Below are positions 1-10,527 of a DNA stretch of 64,000 bases, piece after piece. The stretch lies in NCBI RefSeq assembly GCF_028368995.1, contig NZ_JAQNDL010000001.1, forward strand, positions 320,001 through 384,000, in the 5' to 3' direction. Source of the DNA: Nannocystis bainbridge (GTDB lineage Bacteria > Myxococcota_A > Polyangia > Nannocystales > Nannocystaceae). Numbering within the stretch: the first letter of the stretch is position 1; each line of letters begins with the position of its first letter. The notes under the pieces were generated by a model. The model did no database searches, was not told where the DNA came from, and saw only the letters and a program-made list of their open reading frames with translations. A program made the position numbers and the translations under genes.

Positions 1-1446
1 GACTACCTGCGCCCCAAGTACGGCGACTACCAGGTCGTCTTCGATCACCCCGTCGGCCCCGGCGCCAGCCTCACCCTCAGGCTGCTCGGCGCCAGCGACG
101 TCATCCGCTTCAACTCGCCCGCCGCTGCCGGCGGCGGCGTCGCCCTCAGCGCCGGCTTTCACCGCATCGACCTCGTCTACAAGAAGCGCCACGGCCCGTG
201 GGACTTCCTGCTCTCGCCGGCGCTGCGCCTCGACTCCGGCGGGATCGAGACCGCCACCGATCTGCGCCGCCGCTTCGACGTCGTCGGCCTCCTGCGCGCC
301 GAGGCCACCACCCGCCCGTCGCGGCGGTTCCAGCTGACCTTCGGCGCCGACACCCAGCTCGATCGCCACCGCGTCCGCAGCCACGTCGAGCCGCTGTTCG
401 GCCGCGGCGAGACCTTCGACGACGTCGCCCGCGGCTTCACGTCCGCCAGCGGCGCCTACGTCACCCCGCTCCTCGCGCTCGGCCGCTTCAGCCTCTCACC
501 TGGCCTTCGGGCCAGCCTGTTCACCGGGACAGGTGAGTCCAAGTTCTCCGTCGACCCGCGGCTGCACGCGCGCTGGGCCCCACACCCGCGCGTCAACGTC
601 CAGATCGGCGCCGGTCGCTACTCGCAGGCGTCGTTCTTGCCGCTGCCGACGGCCCCCTTCGTGGGCAACTTCAGCGCCGTCGACGCGCTCGGCCTCGACG
701 GCCGGATCGTCCTGCCCGCGGCGATCCGCTACCTCGACCCGCGCATCGACGTCGACCCCCGCAGCCGCCTCGGCCTCATGCAGGCGATCCAGCTCAGCGC
801 CAGCGTCCACCTCCGCCTCACCGCCGGCCTCGGCCTCGACGTCACCGGCTTCTGGCGCCGCGATCGCAACCACATCCCGCGCGCCGTCAATCCGTTCGGT
901 CAGGCGGTCGAGGACCGCGGCGCGGTCACCCACGGCCTCGAGGTCATGTTGCGCCACGACCTCACCCGCCGCCTCTTCGGCTGGGTCGCCTACACCCTCA
1001 TGCAGGCGCGCGTCGGTAGCTTCGACGCCCACGACCGCCTCACCGTGCGCGCCGCCAACGACTTCGATCAGCGGCACAACCTCGTCGCCCTGCTCGGCGT
1101 CAAGTTGCCGCGCCGCTGGCAGATCGCCGGCCGCTTCCGCGTCGTCACCGGCCTCCCGTTCACCCCCGTCGTCGGCGGCATCAAGTACGACGGCGCCTTC
1201 CCCTACACCTCCCCCGTCCACGGCGCCTACAACAGCGTCCGCATGCCCGTGTTCCACCAGCTCGACCTGCGCATCGACAAGACCTGGGTCCGCCCGCGCA
1301 GCATCGTCTCGGCTTACCTCGACGTGCAGAACATCTACAACCGCCAGAACGCCGAGGGCCTGTGGTACCTCACCGATTACTCGGGCACCCAGACCGTCGT
1401 CGGCGTCCCGATCTTGCCGGTGTTCGGCGTGCGCCTCGAGTACTGA
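1..1446 (+). CDS. TonB-dependent receptor, C-terminal part (5' truncated by window edge)
   Basis: Frame 1 reads open from base 1 (DYLRPKYGDYQ...). Beta-barrel-like alternation, FDQRHNL, HQLDLRIDK, YLDVQNIYN and a terminal strand GVRLEY, typical of myxobacterial TBDRs. Confidence 0.85.
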   Translation, partial: DYLRPKYGDYQVVFDHPVGPGASLTLRLLGASDVIRFNSPAAAGGGVALSAGFHRIDLVYKKRHGPWDFLLSPALRLDSGGIETATDLRRRFDVVGLLRAEATTRPSRRFQLTFGADTQLDRHRVRSHVEPLFGRGETFDDVARGFTSASGAYVTPLLALGRFSLSPGLRASLFTGTGESKFSVDPRLHARWAPHPRVNVQIGAGRYSQASFLPLPTAPFVGNFSAVDALGLDGRIVLPAAIRYLDPRIDVDPRSRLGLMQAIQLSASVHLRLTAGLGLDVTGFWRRDRNHIPRAVNPFGQAVEDRGAVTHGLEVMLRHDLTRRLFGWVAYTLMQARVGSFDAHDRLTVRAANDFDQRHNLVALLGVKLPRRWQIAGRFRVVTGLPFTPVVGGIKYDGAFPYTSPVHGAYNSVRMPVFHQLDLRIDKTWVRPRSIVSAYLDVQNIYNRQNAEGLWYLTDYSGTQTVVGVPILPVFGVRLEY

Positions 1447-1449
1447 CGC

Positions 1450-2424
1450 TCACGGCGCCGGCTGCTGCTCGAAGCAGTACAGCCGCGCCCCCAGGTCGCA
1501 CGCCACCTCCGGACAATTCTCGGTCCACTGCGAGTCCGACAGCGTGCACTCGCCGACCACCGCCGTCCCGATCGGCGGCCCTATCCAACCGTTGCAGTCG
1601 GCCCCCTGCGCCGCCCCCATCGTGTCCGTCGCCGTCCACACCGGGCACGCGCCGCAGTTGGGCACCAGCACCGGCACCATCAGCCCGTGCTCGTCGACGT
1701 CGATCGCCGCTCCCAGAGCGCCGTCGATCAGCTCATCCCAGTGCTTGGCGACCAGCGAGCCGTCGAGCCGGAGCCACGGCCGCGTCCCGTGGGCCAGGCG
1801 GGTCGCCGCCGGGTGCTTCACGCTGCTCAGCCAGGCGACGTACGCACCCCCGAGCCCCGCCTCCTTCGCCCGCGTCGTGCACAGCGCGTCGGCCCCTTCG
1901 GTGCCCTTGAAGTCGTTCACCATCACCGGCTCGGCGGTGACGAACACGTGGAAGAACGTGCGCTTGCAATCGGTGCACGCCTCGCCGCCGTCGCACTCCT
2001 CGTTCGGCTGCACGATCGCGTCGCCGCAGACCTCGAACTTGCATGCGTTCGAGCAGCCGTCGCCCTCCACCATATTGCCGTCGTCGCACTCCTCCCCCTT
2101 GCCGAGCACGCTGTCGCCGCAGACATCCCCCGCCGTGTCGCTCGTGGTGTCGGGTCCGGTCGTCGTGCTCGACGACGCCGTCGCGGTCGCGAGCGGCCCC
2201 GTCGTCAATTCCATCGTCGTCGAATCCGTCGAGGTCGTCGGCTCGCCGGTGCCCGTCGTGATCGGGCTCATCGTCGTCATCGTGCCCGCGGTCCCCGTCG
2301 TCAGCGTCTCGCTGCCGGCCGCCGTGCCAGTGCCCGTCGTCGGCTCACTCCCGCTCGGCGAGAAGCACCCGGAGACCAGCATGAGCACCAGCGAGGCGAC
2401 GAGCGGACGGACCATCGCCACCAT
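1450..2424 (-). CDS. Lipoprotein with Thr-rich linker, myxobacterial Cys-rich (DUF4215-like) repeats and a C-terminal DUF1554-like domain
   Basis: Lipobox LVSGC; CGDSVLGKGEECDDGN..GDGCSNAC repeat; GADALC, YVAWLS and RLYCFEQ motifs. Confidence 0.75.
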   Translation of the reverse strand: MVAMVRPLVASLVLMLVSGCFSPSGSEPTTGTGTAAGSETLTTGTAGTMTTMSPITTGTGEPTTSTDSTTMELTTGPLATATASSSTTTGPDTTSDTAGDVCGDSVLGKGEECDDGNMVEGDGCSNACKFEVCGDAIVQPNEECDGGEACTDCKRTFFHVFVTAEPVMVNDFKGTEGADALCTTRAKEAGLGGAYVAWLSSVKHPAATRLAHGTRPWLRLDGSLVAKHWDELIDGALGAAIDVDEHGLMVPVLVPNCGACPVWTATDTMGAAQGADCNGWIGPPIGTAVVGECTLSDSQWTENCPEVACDLGARLYCFEQQPAP

Positions 2425-2779
2425 TGTCGAAGAAACCGCCGCGCGGCGTCAAAGCAGGCGCAAACCGCCTCGCCGCGGCCCTCAGCCCCCGGCGCCCGCG
2501 GCTGCCTCCGCTTCTGCGATCGCTGGCCGGCAGCCCCGAGGAGGCCCGGTCCGTCGCGGCCGCTCGCGGTCGCTCGCAGCCTCGTCCTCGAGCGCGCCCA
2601 TCGAAGTCACCACCACCGCGCGCGTCCACGAGTCTCGGACCCGAACACGGCTCATCCATCCGCCTGTCTCTTCGGCCATCCCCAATCACATGTCCTCAAA
2701 GACATCTCGCGCTCGACGTGCGCGATCGCGCTGACCTGCGAGGTTGTCGTCGTCGAACACGCGGTGGTACCGTGACGCG

Positions 2780-3379
2780 ATGGAGCACGAGAGCACGAGG
2801 GTCCGTTCGCGGGCGTGGTGGGCCGTCGTCTCGCTGTCGTTGTGGCTGCACGACCCGGCCGCGCGCGCCGACGTCGTCGACGAGCCGCCGCCCAACTGCC
2901 CGGCCGGCACCCAGGCCAACACCTGCCACAGCGGCCCGTTCTGCGCCCCGATCAAGTGCTCGACCGACGCCGAGTGCACCGGCGGCGCCACCTGTCAGGA
3001 CACCAAGGGCTGCATCGGCAGCATCGATTGCGGCGGCGGCGACAGCATGCCCGTCCCCACGCTCACGCTCTCGGCCCTTTGCCCGGACAGCAGCATCTGC
3101 GGCCCCGGCGAGACCTGCGAGGCGATCAAGCTGTGCCTGCCCGTGGTCGAACCGACCACCGGCGCCAGCTCGGACACCGGCCCGACCGCGAGCGGCACCG
3201 CCGCGAGCGATGGCAGCGCGAGCGGCCCGGCCACCAGCGACGCCACCGGCGACACCACCGGCGGCAGCAAGGGCGGCTGCGGCGGCTGCAGCACCGATCC
3301 GGGGACCGGCTCCTCCGCGCTCGCGCTGCTCGGGCTCGCGTGGCTCCTGCGGCGGCGACGCGACCGGGGCGTGCCATGA
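2780..3379 (+). CDS. Cys-rich secreted protein with MYXO-CTERM sorting signal
   Basis: Signal peptide ending ARA-D; C-terminus GGCGGC...ALALLGLAWLLRRRR. Confidence 0.8.
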   Translation: MEHESTRVRSRAWWAVVSLSLWLHDPAARADVVDEPPPNCPAGTQANTCHSGPFCAPIKCSTDAECTGGATCQDTKGCIGSIDCGGGDSMPVPTLTLSALCPDSSICGPGETCEAIKLCLPVVEPTTGASSDTGPTASGTAASDGSASGPATSDATGDTTGGSKGGCGGCSTDPGTGSSALALLGLAWLLRRRRDRGVP

Positions 3380-4119
3380 CGTTCACTGGCACGCCCCGCG
3401 TCGCGACAGCTTCGGCGTCGCCCCACGAACGCCACAGCGAGCGCTCACCCCATCCTCGTCTGAATCGCCCGCCTCTCCTCGCCGCGCTCGTGCTCGTCGC
3501 CTGCGCCCCGCGCGAACCCCCGGCCCCGGTCCCCGCACCCGCGCCTACGCCCGTCACCGCACCCGTCACCACGCCCGCTCCCTCCGCATCGCCCCCCGCT
3601 CCGCCCGAGCCCGCGATCGAGTCGCCTACACCCGTCGAGTCGAAGCCGAGCGAACCGCTGACGCCGAGCAAGACCTGGCCGTTCGTCGTCTGGGATCGCG
3701 CCGAGGCCTTCACCTTCAACCACCTCCTCTACGGCCCCGGCATCCCGCTGCGGGTCTGGGACGCCACCTCCGGCTGGAGCCCCAAGATCGTCGATCGCAA
3801 GCCGGTCACCCCGGAGCAGGCCTCACACGCGGTCGAGTGGGTCGTCGCCACCCGCGGCGATCTCGAGGTCTCGAAGTGCGCCTTCCCCCGTCACGCGGTC
3901 GTGCTCTACGCCGGCGACACCCCTGTCGGCAGCGTCAACGTCTGCTTCGAGTGCGGCGACATCCTGGTCTGGCCCGCCTTCGAGGCGCCCGCCACCGGCC
4001 CCGCCGCCGAACGCCGGCACAGCCAGCAGATGAAGGCCTACAAGCGCGTCTTCCCGCAGTGGCAGCGGTTCTTCCGCGACGAGCTCGGCTTCCCGCTCAC
4101 CCCGCCGCTACAAAATTGA
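3376..4119 (+). CDS. Hypothetical lipoprotein
   Basis: ATG overlaps the upstream TGA; LVLVAC lipobox, Pro-rich linker, then a globular domain with CAFPRH..CFEC. Confidence 0.7.
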   Translation: MTFTGTPRVATASASPHERHSERSPHPRLNRPPLLAALVLVACAPREPPAPVPAPAPTPVTAPVTTPAPSASPPAPPEPAIESPTPVESKPSEPLTPSKTWPFVVWDRAEAFTFNHLLYGPGIPLRVWDATSGWSPKIVDRKPVTPEQASHAVEWVVATRGDLEVSKCAFPRHAVVLYAGDTPVGSVNVCFECGDILVWPAFEAPATGPAAERRHSQQMKAYKRVFPQWQRFFRDELGFPLTPPLQN

Positions 4120-4121
4120 CA

Positions 4122-4260
4122 TGTCCCGCGGGACAGCCTCACGACATGTCCCGAAAGACATCCTCGTGCACCCTCGCCCCGAAGTGCTCGAGGCCGATCG
4201 GACATGCCCCTGCGGACATGCCCCTCACGACATGCCCGATCGAGCATGTCCCTGGCGACA
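4122..4260. repeat. Array of 14-bp TGYCC-N4-GGACA units
   Basis: Units at 4122 and 4147, then four in tandem at 4205-4260 (tgcccctgcggaca tgcccctcacgaca tgcccgatcgagca tgtccctggcgaca). Confidence 0.9.
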
Positions 4261-4271
4261 TACCCGCGCGT

Positions 4272-5357
4272 TCACTTCAGCCCGCGCTGGGCCGCCCGCT
4301 TCGGCAGCGCCTTCGGCTCGGCCTGCAGCGCCCGCTCGAGCCCCTCGAGGGCGGCCCCGACGACGCCTGTCCCCGCGGACAGGTTGGCCGTCTCGACCAC
4401 CACCGTCACCAGTTGGTCGCCGGGCCGCCCGCTCTCGGACGGCACCCCTTTGCCGCGCAGTCGCAGCTTCGCCCCCGTCGCCACCCCGGGCGGCAGCTCG
4501 AGCAGCGCCGAGCCCGTCAGCGTCGGCACCGGCACCTTGCCGCCGCGGGCCGCCTCGAACGGGCTCACGAACAGCTCGCAGTGGATGTCCTGGCCCTCGC
4601 GGCGCAGCCACGCGTGCGGGCGCACGCTGACCGTCACGCGCAGGTTGCCGGGCCCGCCGCCGAACTGACCCGGCTCGCCCTGATTTTGGATCACCTTCTC
4701 GGCCCCGCCCTCGGTCCCCGCCGGCAGCCGGACCTTGAACGACCGCGCCTCACGCCTGGCCCCACGGCCGCGGCACGTCTCGCACGGATCGAGCTGGATC
4801 ATCCCCGTCCCGGTGCAGCGGCCGCAGGTCGTGTGGCGGGCCAGGAAGCCCTCGCCCTTGACCTCGCCGCGGCCGTGGCACAGCGGGCAGCCGCTCGGCG
4901 GGCGCCCGCCCGGCTTCGAGCCGGTGCCACCACAACTGGCGCACGACCCCAGCGCCTCGAACTGGATCTCGTGCTCCGACCCCAGCGCCGCCTCGGCCAG
5001 GTCGACCGTCAGCGTGTAGCGGACATCGCGGCCGCGCCGACGCTCGCGGCGCTGACGACCGAACACATCGCCGACCACCGCCGCCAGCAGGTCGCGCGCC
5101 GTCTGCATCGTCACCGGTTGATCGAACAGCCCGACCGGCAGGTGCCGCTGCCCGTCGTACCTGGCCCTCTGGACAGGATCGCTCAGCACCGCGTACGCCG
5201 TGCTGATCGCCCGGAAGCGGTCCTCCGCCTCGATGTCGCCGGGGTGGCGATCGGGGTGGCTGGCCAGCGCCAGGCGGCGGTAGTTGTGCTTGATCTCGTC
5301 GAGCGTGGCGTCGGATGCCACGCCGAGCACCGCGTAGTGGTCTTGGTGCTGCGCCAT
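4272..5357 (-). CDS. dnaJ: Chaperone DnaJ
   Basis: J domain with HPD, four CxxCxGxG zinc-finger repeats, C-terminal LRLRGKG..GD motif; follows dnaK. Confidence 0.92.
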   Translation of the reverse strand: MAQHQDHYAVLGVASDATLDEIKHNYRRLALASHPDRHPGDIEAEDRFRAISTAYAVLSDPVQRARYDGQRHLPVGLFDQPVTMQTARDLLAAVVGDVFGRQRRERRRGRDVRYTLTVDLAEAALGSEHEIQFEALGSCASCGGTGSKPGGRPPSGCPLCHGRGEVKGEGFLARHTTCGRCTGTGMIQLDPCETCRGRGARREARSFKVRLPAGTEGGAEKVIQNQGEPGQFGGGPGNLRVTVSVRPHAWLRREGQDIHCELFVSPFEAARGGKVPVPTLTGSALLELPPGVATGAKLRLRGKGVPSESGRPGDQLVTVVVETANLSAGTGVVGAALEGLERALQAEPKALPKRAAQRGLK

Positions 5358-5376
5358 GAATTTCTCGGTCCCGAGC

Positions 5377-7212
5377 TCAGGAGCTCCCGGTGGATTCGCT
5401 GCCGAGCAGCGCCGCGTAGATCTGCTGCGAGGAGCGCTCGAGGGTCAAGAGGGCCGCCTCGATCGCCGTCGCCGGCGCCGCGGTGGCGAGCAATTCGCGC
5501 AGCGTGGCGACCTCGACCGTGAGCGCCGCCCGCTGCGGCGCCTGCAGCCCCGGCAGCCCCTCGGCCGCCCGCTCGCACGCGTAGGCCAGCGCCTCCGCGC
5601 GATTTCGCAGCAGCGCCGCGTCTTTGCGGACCGCGTCGGCCTGGCGGGCCGCCGCCGCCTCGCGCGCCAGCAGCTCGACCTGCGCGCGGGTCAGCCCGGC
5701 CGCCGGCTGCACCGTCGTCGCCACCTCCGCTTCGGACCCGAGCTCACGCGCCGACACGTGCAAGATCCCGTCGGCGTCGACCTCGAACATCACCTTGATC
5801 TGCGGCAGCCCCCGCGGCGCCTCGGCGATCCCCGACAGCCGCAGGCGGGCCAGCGATTGGTTGTCGGCCGCCATCTCGCGCAGCCCCTGTTGTACGTGCA
5901 CGTCGACCGCCGTCTGACCGTCGATCGTCGTCCCGAACACCTCCGCGCGGCGGGTCGGCACCGTCGTGTTGCGCGGGATCAGCGGCGTGAACACCCCGCC
6001 TTGCGTCTCGACCCCGATGTCGAGCGGCACCACGTCGAGCAGCAGCACCTCCTCGACCTCGCCTGCCAGCACCGCGCCCTGGATCGCCGCGCCCACCGCC
6101 ACCACCTCGTCCGGGTTCGGCGACGTGTTGGGCGCGCGGCCGAAGAACTCCGCCACCGCCTCGACCACCCGCGGCATCCGCGTCTGCCCGCCGACCAGGA
6201 TCACCTCGTCGACCTCACGCGCGCGCAGCTTCGCGTCGGCCAGCGCCCGGCGGCACGGCTCCAGCGTGCGCTGGATCAGCGGCCGCACCAGCCGCTCGAG
6301 CTCGAGCCGCGACAGGCTCGCCTGCAGGTGCAGCGGCCGGCCCGCGGCCGAGGCGATGAACGGCAGCTCGATGTCCGTCGCCAGCGACCAGCTCAGCTCG
6401 TGCTTGGCCCGCTGCGCCGCCTCCTGCAGCTTCACCAGCGCCGGCCGGTCGCGCCGCAGATCGATCCCGTGCTCGCGCTTGAAGCCCTCGGCCAGGTGGT
6501 CGACCAGCGCCGCGTCGAAGTCCTCGCCGCCGAGCAGCGTGTCGCCCGCGGTCGCCAGCACCTCGAACACCCCGCTGCGCAGCTCGAGCAAGGACAGGTC
6601 GAACGTCCCGCCGCCGAGGTCGTACACCGCCACGATCTTCGGCGGCCTGTCCTTTCGGTCAGCCAGCCCGTACGCCAGGGCCGCCGCCGTCGGCTCGTTC
6701 ACGATCCGCTCGACCCGGAGCCCCGCGATCGTCCCCGCGTCGCGGGTCGCCTGTCGTTGCGCGTCGTCGAAGTAAGCCGGCACCGTGATCACCGCACGGG
6801 TCACCGGCTGACCGATCGCCGCCTCGGCCGCGTCGCGCAGCGCCGACAGCACGTGCGCGCCGACCTCCGCCGGCGCGATCGTACGGCCTCCCACCTCGAT
6901 CCACGCGTCGCCTTGCTCGCCGGGCACCACGTCGTACGTCAGCCGCGCTCGCAGGCCCGCGACCGCCGCGAAGCTGCGACCGATCAGCCGCTTGGCCGCG
7001 TGGATCGTCGTCGCCGGGCTGACCGCTGCTTGCCGCCGCGCCAGCGCGCCGACCAGGACCTCCTGGCCGGCGAACGCCACCACGCTCGGCGTCGTGCGGC
7101 TGCCCTCGGCGTTCACCAGCACGCGGACCTCGCCGCCGTCCATCACCGCGGCGCACGAGTTGGTGGTGCCGAGGTCGATGCCGAGGATCGGGCTCGGTCG
7201 CGGACCGGCCAT
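5377..7212 (-). CDS. dnaK: Hsp70 chaperone DnaK (divergent paralogue-like)
   Basis: [49 protein letters not shown] and LLLDV linker. Confidence 0.92.
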   Translation of the reverse strand: MAGPRPSPILGIDLGTTNSCAAVMDGGEVRVLVNAEGSRTTPSVVAFAGQEVLVGALARRQAAVSPATTIHAAKRLIGRSFAAVAGLRARLTYDVVPGEQGDAWIEVGGRTIAPAEVGAHVLSALRDAAEAAIGQPVTRAVITVPAYFDDAQRQATRDAGTIAGLRVERIVNEPTAAALAYGLADRKDRPPKIVAVYDLGGGTFDLSLLELRSGVFEVLATAGDTLLGGEDFDAALVDHLAEGFKREHGIDLRRDRPALVKLQEAAQRAKHELSWSLATDIELPFIASAAGRPLHLQASLSRLELERLVRPLIQRTLEPCRRALADAKLRAREVDEVILVGGQTRMPRVVEAVAEFFGRAPNTSPNPDEVVAVGAAIQGAVLAGEVEEVLLLDVVPLDIGVETQGGVFTPLIPRNTTVPTRRAEVFGTTIDGQTAVDVHVQQGLREMAADNQSLARLRLSGIAEAPRGLPQIKVMFEVDADGILHVSARELGSEAEVATTVQPAAGLTRAQVELLAREAAAARQADAVRKDAALLRNRAEALAYACERAAEGLPGLQAPQRAALTVEVATLRELLATAAPATAIEAALLTLERSSQQIYAALLGSESTGSS

Positions 7213-7218
7213 CGGCTG

Positions 7219-7779
7219 CTACGACGCTTGGCCTTCGGCCTTGCCGCCGGTCGAGCCGGGGCCCGCGATCACCACGCGAGCCGGGCGCAGCAGGCGGTCG
7301 CCCTGGCGGAAGCCCTTCTCCCACTCGCGCGCCACCACTCCCGGCGGGAACTCGGGCGTATCGATCTGCTGCAGCGCCTCGTGGATCGCCGGGTCGAACG
7401 GGTGGCCGACGCTCGGCACCGGCTCGACGCCGAAGCGGCCGAGGGCGCTCATGAAGTCGTTGACGACCATCTGGATGCCCTTGTGGAGCTGCTCGTTGCC
7501 GCGCGCCAGCTCGAGCGCCCGCCCGAGGTTGTCGACCGTCGGCAGGAACGCGTTCAGCAGGTTCTGCTGGGCCCGGAACACGTTGTCGTCGATCTCGCGG
7601 CGCGTCCGCTTCTTGTAGTTCTCGAGCTCGGCCAGCGCGCGCAGCCACTTGTCCTTGAGGTCGGCCTTCTCGGCCTCGGCCTGCTCGACCCGCTCTTCCG
7701 GAGTGACGACCAACTCGGCCTCCACGGGCGCGCCGTTGCCGTTGTCGCCCGCGTTCTCTTCCTGTGGATCCTGGCTCAT
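7219..7779 (-). CDS. grpE: Nucleotide exchange factor GrpE
   Basis: LRALAELENYKKR, FDPAIHEA and KGF..GDRLLRPARV. Confidence 0.95.
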   Translation of the reverse strand: MSQDPQEENAGDNGNGAPVEAELVVTPEERVEQAEAEKADLKDKWLRALAELENYKKRTRREIDDNVFRAQQNLLNAFLPTVDNLGRALELARGNEQLHKGIQMVVNDFMSALGRFGVEPVPSVGHPFDPAIHEALQQIDTPEFPPGVVAREWEKGFRQGDRLLRPARVVIAGPGSTGGKAEGQAS

Positions 7780-7866
7780 GCGGCTCCCGCTTTAAGGCTG
7801 GCTGGCGCGCGAGACAAGCCCGAATCGCGACCTCGTATTCTTCGACCGCGAACCACCAGTGAGGGA

Positions 7867-8934
7867 TCACTCGCTGGTGCGCGCCGCCAGCGCTTGCGCC
7901 GCGTACTCTACCAGAGGGATCGCCGCCTCGTAGTCCATGCGGTCCGAGCCCAGCAGCGCGACCGCGGCCGTGCGCCCGTCCTCGACCGGCTGGACCCGGC
8001 AACCGATGAGGCTCATCCCCGACAGCACGCACGGCCCTGTCGGCCCCAGCCCTGCCAGCGTCGGCCGCAGCTCCGCGGCCACGTGGACCTCCGCGCGCGC
8101 CTGCTCGAGCGTGTGCTCCGGCAGCAGCTGACACAGCAGCTCGGCGAGCCCGTGATAGTCGTCGAACAGCGCCAGCACCTGCGCCAGGGTTTGGTCGCTC
8201 TGGCCCGCCAGCAGCCGTTGCCCGGCGATCTGCACCCACAACGGATCGAGCGCCGCCGCCGTGCACAGCCACAGCCCGATGCGCAGGCTCTCGGCCAGCA
8301 GGCGATCGACGCGCGCCTCGTGTTCGGCCCACAGCCGCGACAGCTCCGCCCGCGCCTCGGCCAGCGTCTTGCCGACGCACAGCCCGCGCAGCCGCTCTTG
8401 CAGCCGCAGCAGACCTCCGCCCTCGGCGAAGCGGGCGTCGATCGTCACCGGGTGCAGCCGCGTGTGCATCCCCGCCAGCGTCAGCGCCACCATCGCCCGG
8501 CAGCCCTGCACCGGCACCAGGTCGACCTGCAGCACCTTGCCGCCGCGGTCCTCGCTGACGAACGTGACCGCCACGCAGCTCGCCACCTCGCTCAGCACCT
8601 GCGCCGCCACCCGCATGCTCTCGGCCCCGTGGACCGGCTCCGACAGCGACACGTCGACCGCTCGCCGCAGCTCCGCCCGCAGCGGCGGCGGCCGCACCAG
8701 CGAGCGCACGTACAGCCGCATCGCCAGCGGCGTCGGCAGGCGCCCGGCCGACTGGTGCGGCTGCGCCACGTAGCCGGCCTCCTCGAGCGCCACCAGCTCG
8801 TTGCGGATCGTCGCCGCCGACCACTCGAGCCCGTGGGCCTGCACCAGCGCCCCCGACGCCACAGCGCGCCCGGTGACGATGTACTCGCGGCACACGGCGA
8901 ACAGGATCCGCTGGCGTCTGGGGCTCAGCTCCAC
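7867..8934 (-). CDS. hrcA: Heat-inducible transcription repressor HrcA
   Basis: SAATIRNEL..LEEAGY..QPHQSAGRLPT winged-helix motif, C-terminal RMDY; first gene of the grpE-dnaK-dnaJ run. Confidence 0.9.
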   Translation of the reverse strand: MELSPRRQRILFAVCREYIVTGRAVASGALVQAHGLEWSAATIRNELVALEEAGYVAQPHQSAGRLPTPLAMRLYVRSLVRPPPLRAELRRAVDVSLSEPVHGAESMRVAAQVLSEVASCVAVTFVSEDRGGKVLQVDLVPVQGCRAMVALTLAGMHTRLHPVTIDARFAEGGGLLRLQERLRGLCVGKTLAEARAELSRLWAEHEARVDRLLAESLRIGLWLCTAAALDPLWVQIAGQRLLAGQSDQTLAQVLALFDDYHGLAELLCQLLPEHTLEQARAEVHVAAELRPTLAGLGPTGPCVLSGMSLIGCRVQPVEDGRTAAVALLGSDRMDYEAAIPLVEYAAQALAARTSE

Positions 8935-9075
8935 TCGATCCGCATTTACCTCGTCTCGCCCCCGGACGCCAGCAGGCGCGCGCGTGCCCCCCGCAAACCC
9001 GCGCCGACCGCTGTCACCCGCGCCGCCGCGCCCGAACCCCTCGCCCGCCCCGGCCCGCGCGTCCCCTCACCCCAA

Positions 9076-9420
9076 GCCCGAAATCATTCGCCCGTCTCGG
9101 ACTCGCGCCCTCACCCCGCCCCGCGAGCCCGAAATCAGTCGCCCGTCTCCGACTCGCCCGTCATCCCCCCGCGAGCCCGTAATCACGCGTCCGCCCCGAC
9201 TCGCGCCCTTCTCGCCCGAAATCAGTCGCCCGTCTCCGACTCGCACCCATCCCCCCACTCGCAATCACTCGCCCGCCCCACCCGCGCCCCGCTCGGCCGA
9301 AATCAGTCGCCATCACGGATTCACCCCTCACCCCGCTCGCTCGCAATCATTCGCCCACCCCCGACCCGCGCCCCTTCACTCACCGCCTCGCCCGAAATCA
9401 TTCCTCCGCCCCCGCCTCGC
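9076..9420. repeat. Degenerate array of about 8 copies of a ~31-bp unit (GCCCGAAATCAGTCGCCCGTCTCCGACTCGC)
   Basis: Copies start near 9076, 9127, 9175, 9214, 9257, 9295, 9339 and 9390, separated by short C-rich linkers. Confidence 0.85.
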
Positions 9421-9425
9421 GCCCC

Positions 9426-10442
9426 TCACTTCGCCGCCTTCGCAGCCCGCTTGCCGCTCCTCGCGCGCTCGCGCGTGACCCTCGCCTGCGCCGCCTTCGC
9501 GCCCTTCCCTGGCCTCCGCCCCTCGCTCGCCTTCACCGGCTCGCTCGCCGAGGCCGCGCACAGCGTCGCCAGCCGGTCGACGATCCACTGGTGCGCCGGC
9601 CCGAGGATCGTGTCCGCGCGGTGGATCGCCGCCAGGTGCAGCGTGTGCTCGTCGTCGGCCCACGCCGCCGGGCGAATCGCCACCAGCCGGCCGGCCGCCA
9701 GATCGTCCTCCACCATCGCCGCCGGCAGGTTGCCCCAGCCGAGGCCCGCGCGCAGCAGCGCCTGCTTCGTGTGAAGGTCGGCCACCCGCCAGGTCCGCGG
9801 CGAAAGCACCGCCTGATCGGGCACCCCCGCCTGCCCGCGCTCCGACAGCACCACCTGCACGTGCTCGCCCAGGCGCGCGCCCGCGATCTTGCCGCGCAGG
9901 CGCGCCAGCGGGTGCTCCGCGGCCACCACCGCGATCATCCGGATCGGCGCCAGCGGCCGCCGCTCGAGCCCCGGGGCCACGGCGATCGGCGCAGTCACCC
10001 CGAGCGTCGCCGCCCCCGCCAGCACGCGCGCGGACACGTCGGACATCGTCTCGGTGTCGACGCGCAGCGCCACCGTCGGGAACGCCGCCGCGAATTCGCG
10101 GCACAGCGCCACCAGCACCTGCAGCGGGAACAACGCGTCCACGCACAGCGACACCGCCGGCTCGAGCCCGCGCGCGATCCCGGCTGCCAGCCCGCGCAGC
10201 GCATCGACCTCGCCCGCCACCCGCCGCGCCGCCGCCAGGATCGCCTGGCCCGGCTCGGTCAGCCGCGGCACCCGCGTCGAGCGGTCGAACACCGCCACGT
10301 CGAGCTGGCGCTCGAGGTTGGCGACCGCCTGGCTGACCGCCGACTGGACCCGCCGCAGCCGCCGCGCCGCCGCCGAGAAGCTCCCGGCCTCCGCCACCGC
10401 CATCAGCACCCGTAACTGGTCGAGCGTGACCTCGCCGATCAT
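9426..10442 (-). CDS. LysR family transcriptional regulator
   Basis: TLDQLRVL..VAEAGSFSAAARRL..VQSAVS HTH; divergent from pirin. Confidence 0.93.
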   Translation of the reverse strand: MIGEVTLDQLRVLMAVAEAGSFSAAARRLRRVQSAVSQAVANLERQLDVAVFDRSTRVPRLTEPGQAILAAARRVAGEVDALRGLAAGIARGLEPAVSLCVDALFPLQVLVALCREFAAAFPTVALRVDTETMSDVSARVLAGAATLGVTAPIAVAPGLERRPLAPIRMIAVVAAEHPLARLRGKIAGARLGEHVQVVLSERGQAGVPDQAVLSPRTWRVADLHTKQALLRAGLGWGNLPAAMVEDDLAAGRLVAIRPAAWADDEHTLHLAAIHRADTILGPAHQWIVDRLATLCAASASEPVKASEGRRPGKGAKAAQARVTRERARSGKRAAKAAK

Positions 10443-10451
10443 CCGCGAAGT

Positions 10452-10466
10452 ATCGCAGAAACTGAT
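10452..10466. promoter_or_regulatory. Putative LysR binding box ATC-N9-GAT
   Basis: ATCGCAGAAACTGAT in the short AT-rich spacer between divergent lysR and pirin; fits the T-N11-A LTTR pattern. Confidence 0.55.
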
Positions 10467-10527
10467 GGAAGGCATCACATCTTCAGCGATTTACAGCATA
10501 AAAACCCGCGTCATGATGGGGCACGTC

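Noticed and set aside
7780-9075. CIRCE element or sigma54 promoter for the heat-shock operon
   Set aside because: No TTAGCACTC-N9-GAGTGCTAA match found by eye, and the GGCAC...TGC candidate upstream of hrcA has the wrong spacing.
9076-9420. Possible CRISPR array or coding repeat
   Set aside because: Linkers are only about 8-20 bp and low-complexity, and the overlapping ORFs lack normal codon bias.
5356-9774. Very long alternative-frame ORFs (e.g. 1472 aa here, 1451 aa at 46717-51072, 1032 aa at 2424-5522)
   Set aside because: Arg/Pro/Ala-rich shadow ORFs expected at this GC content, overlapping well-supported genes on the other strand or frame.
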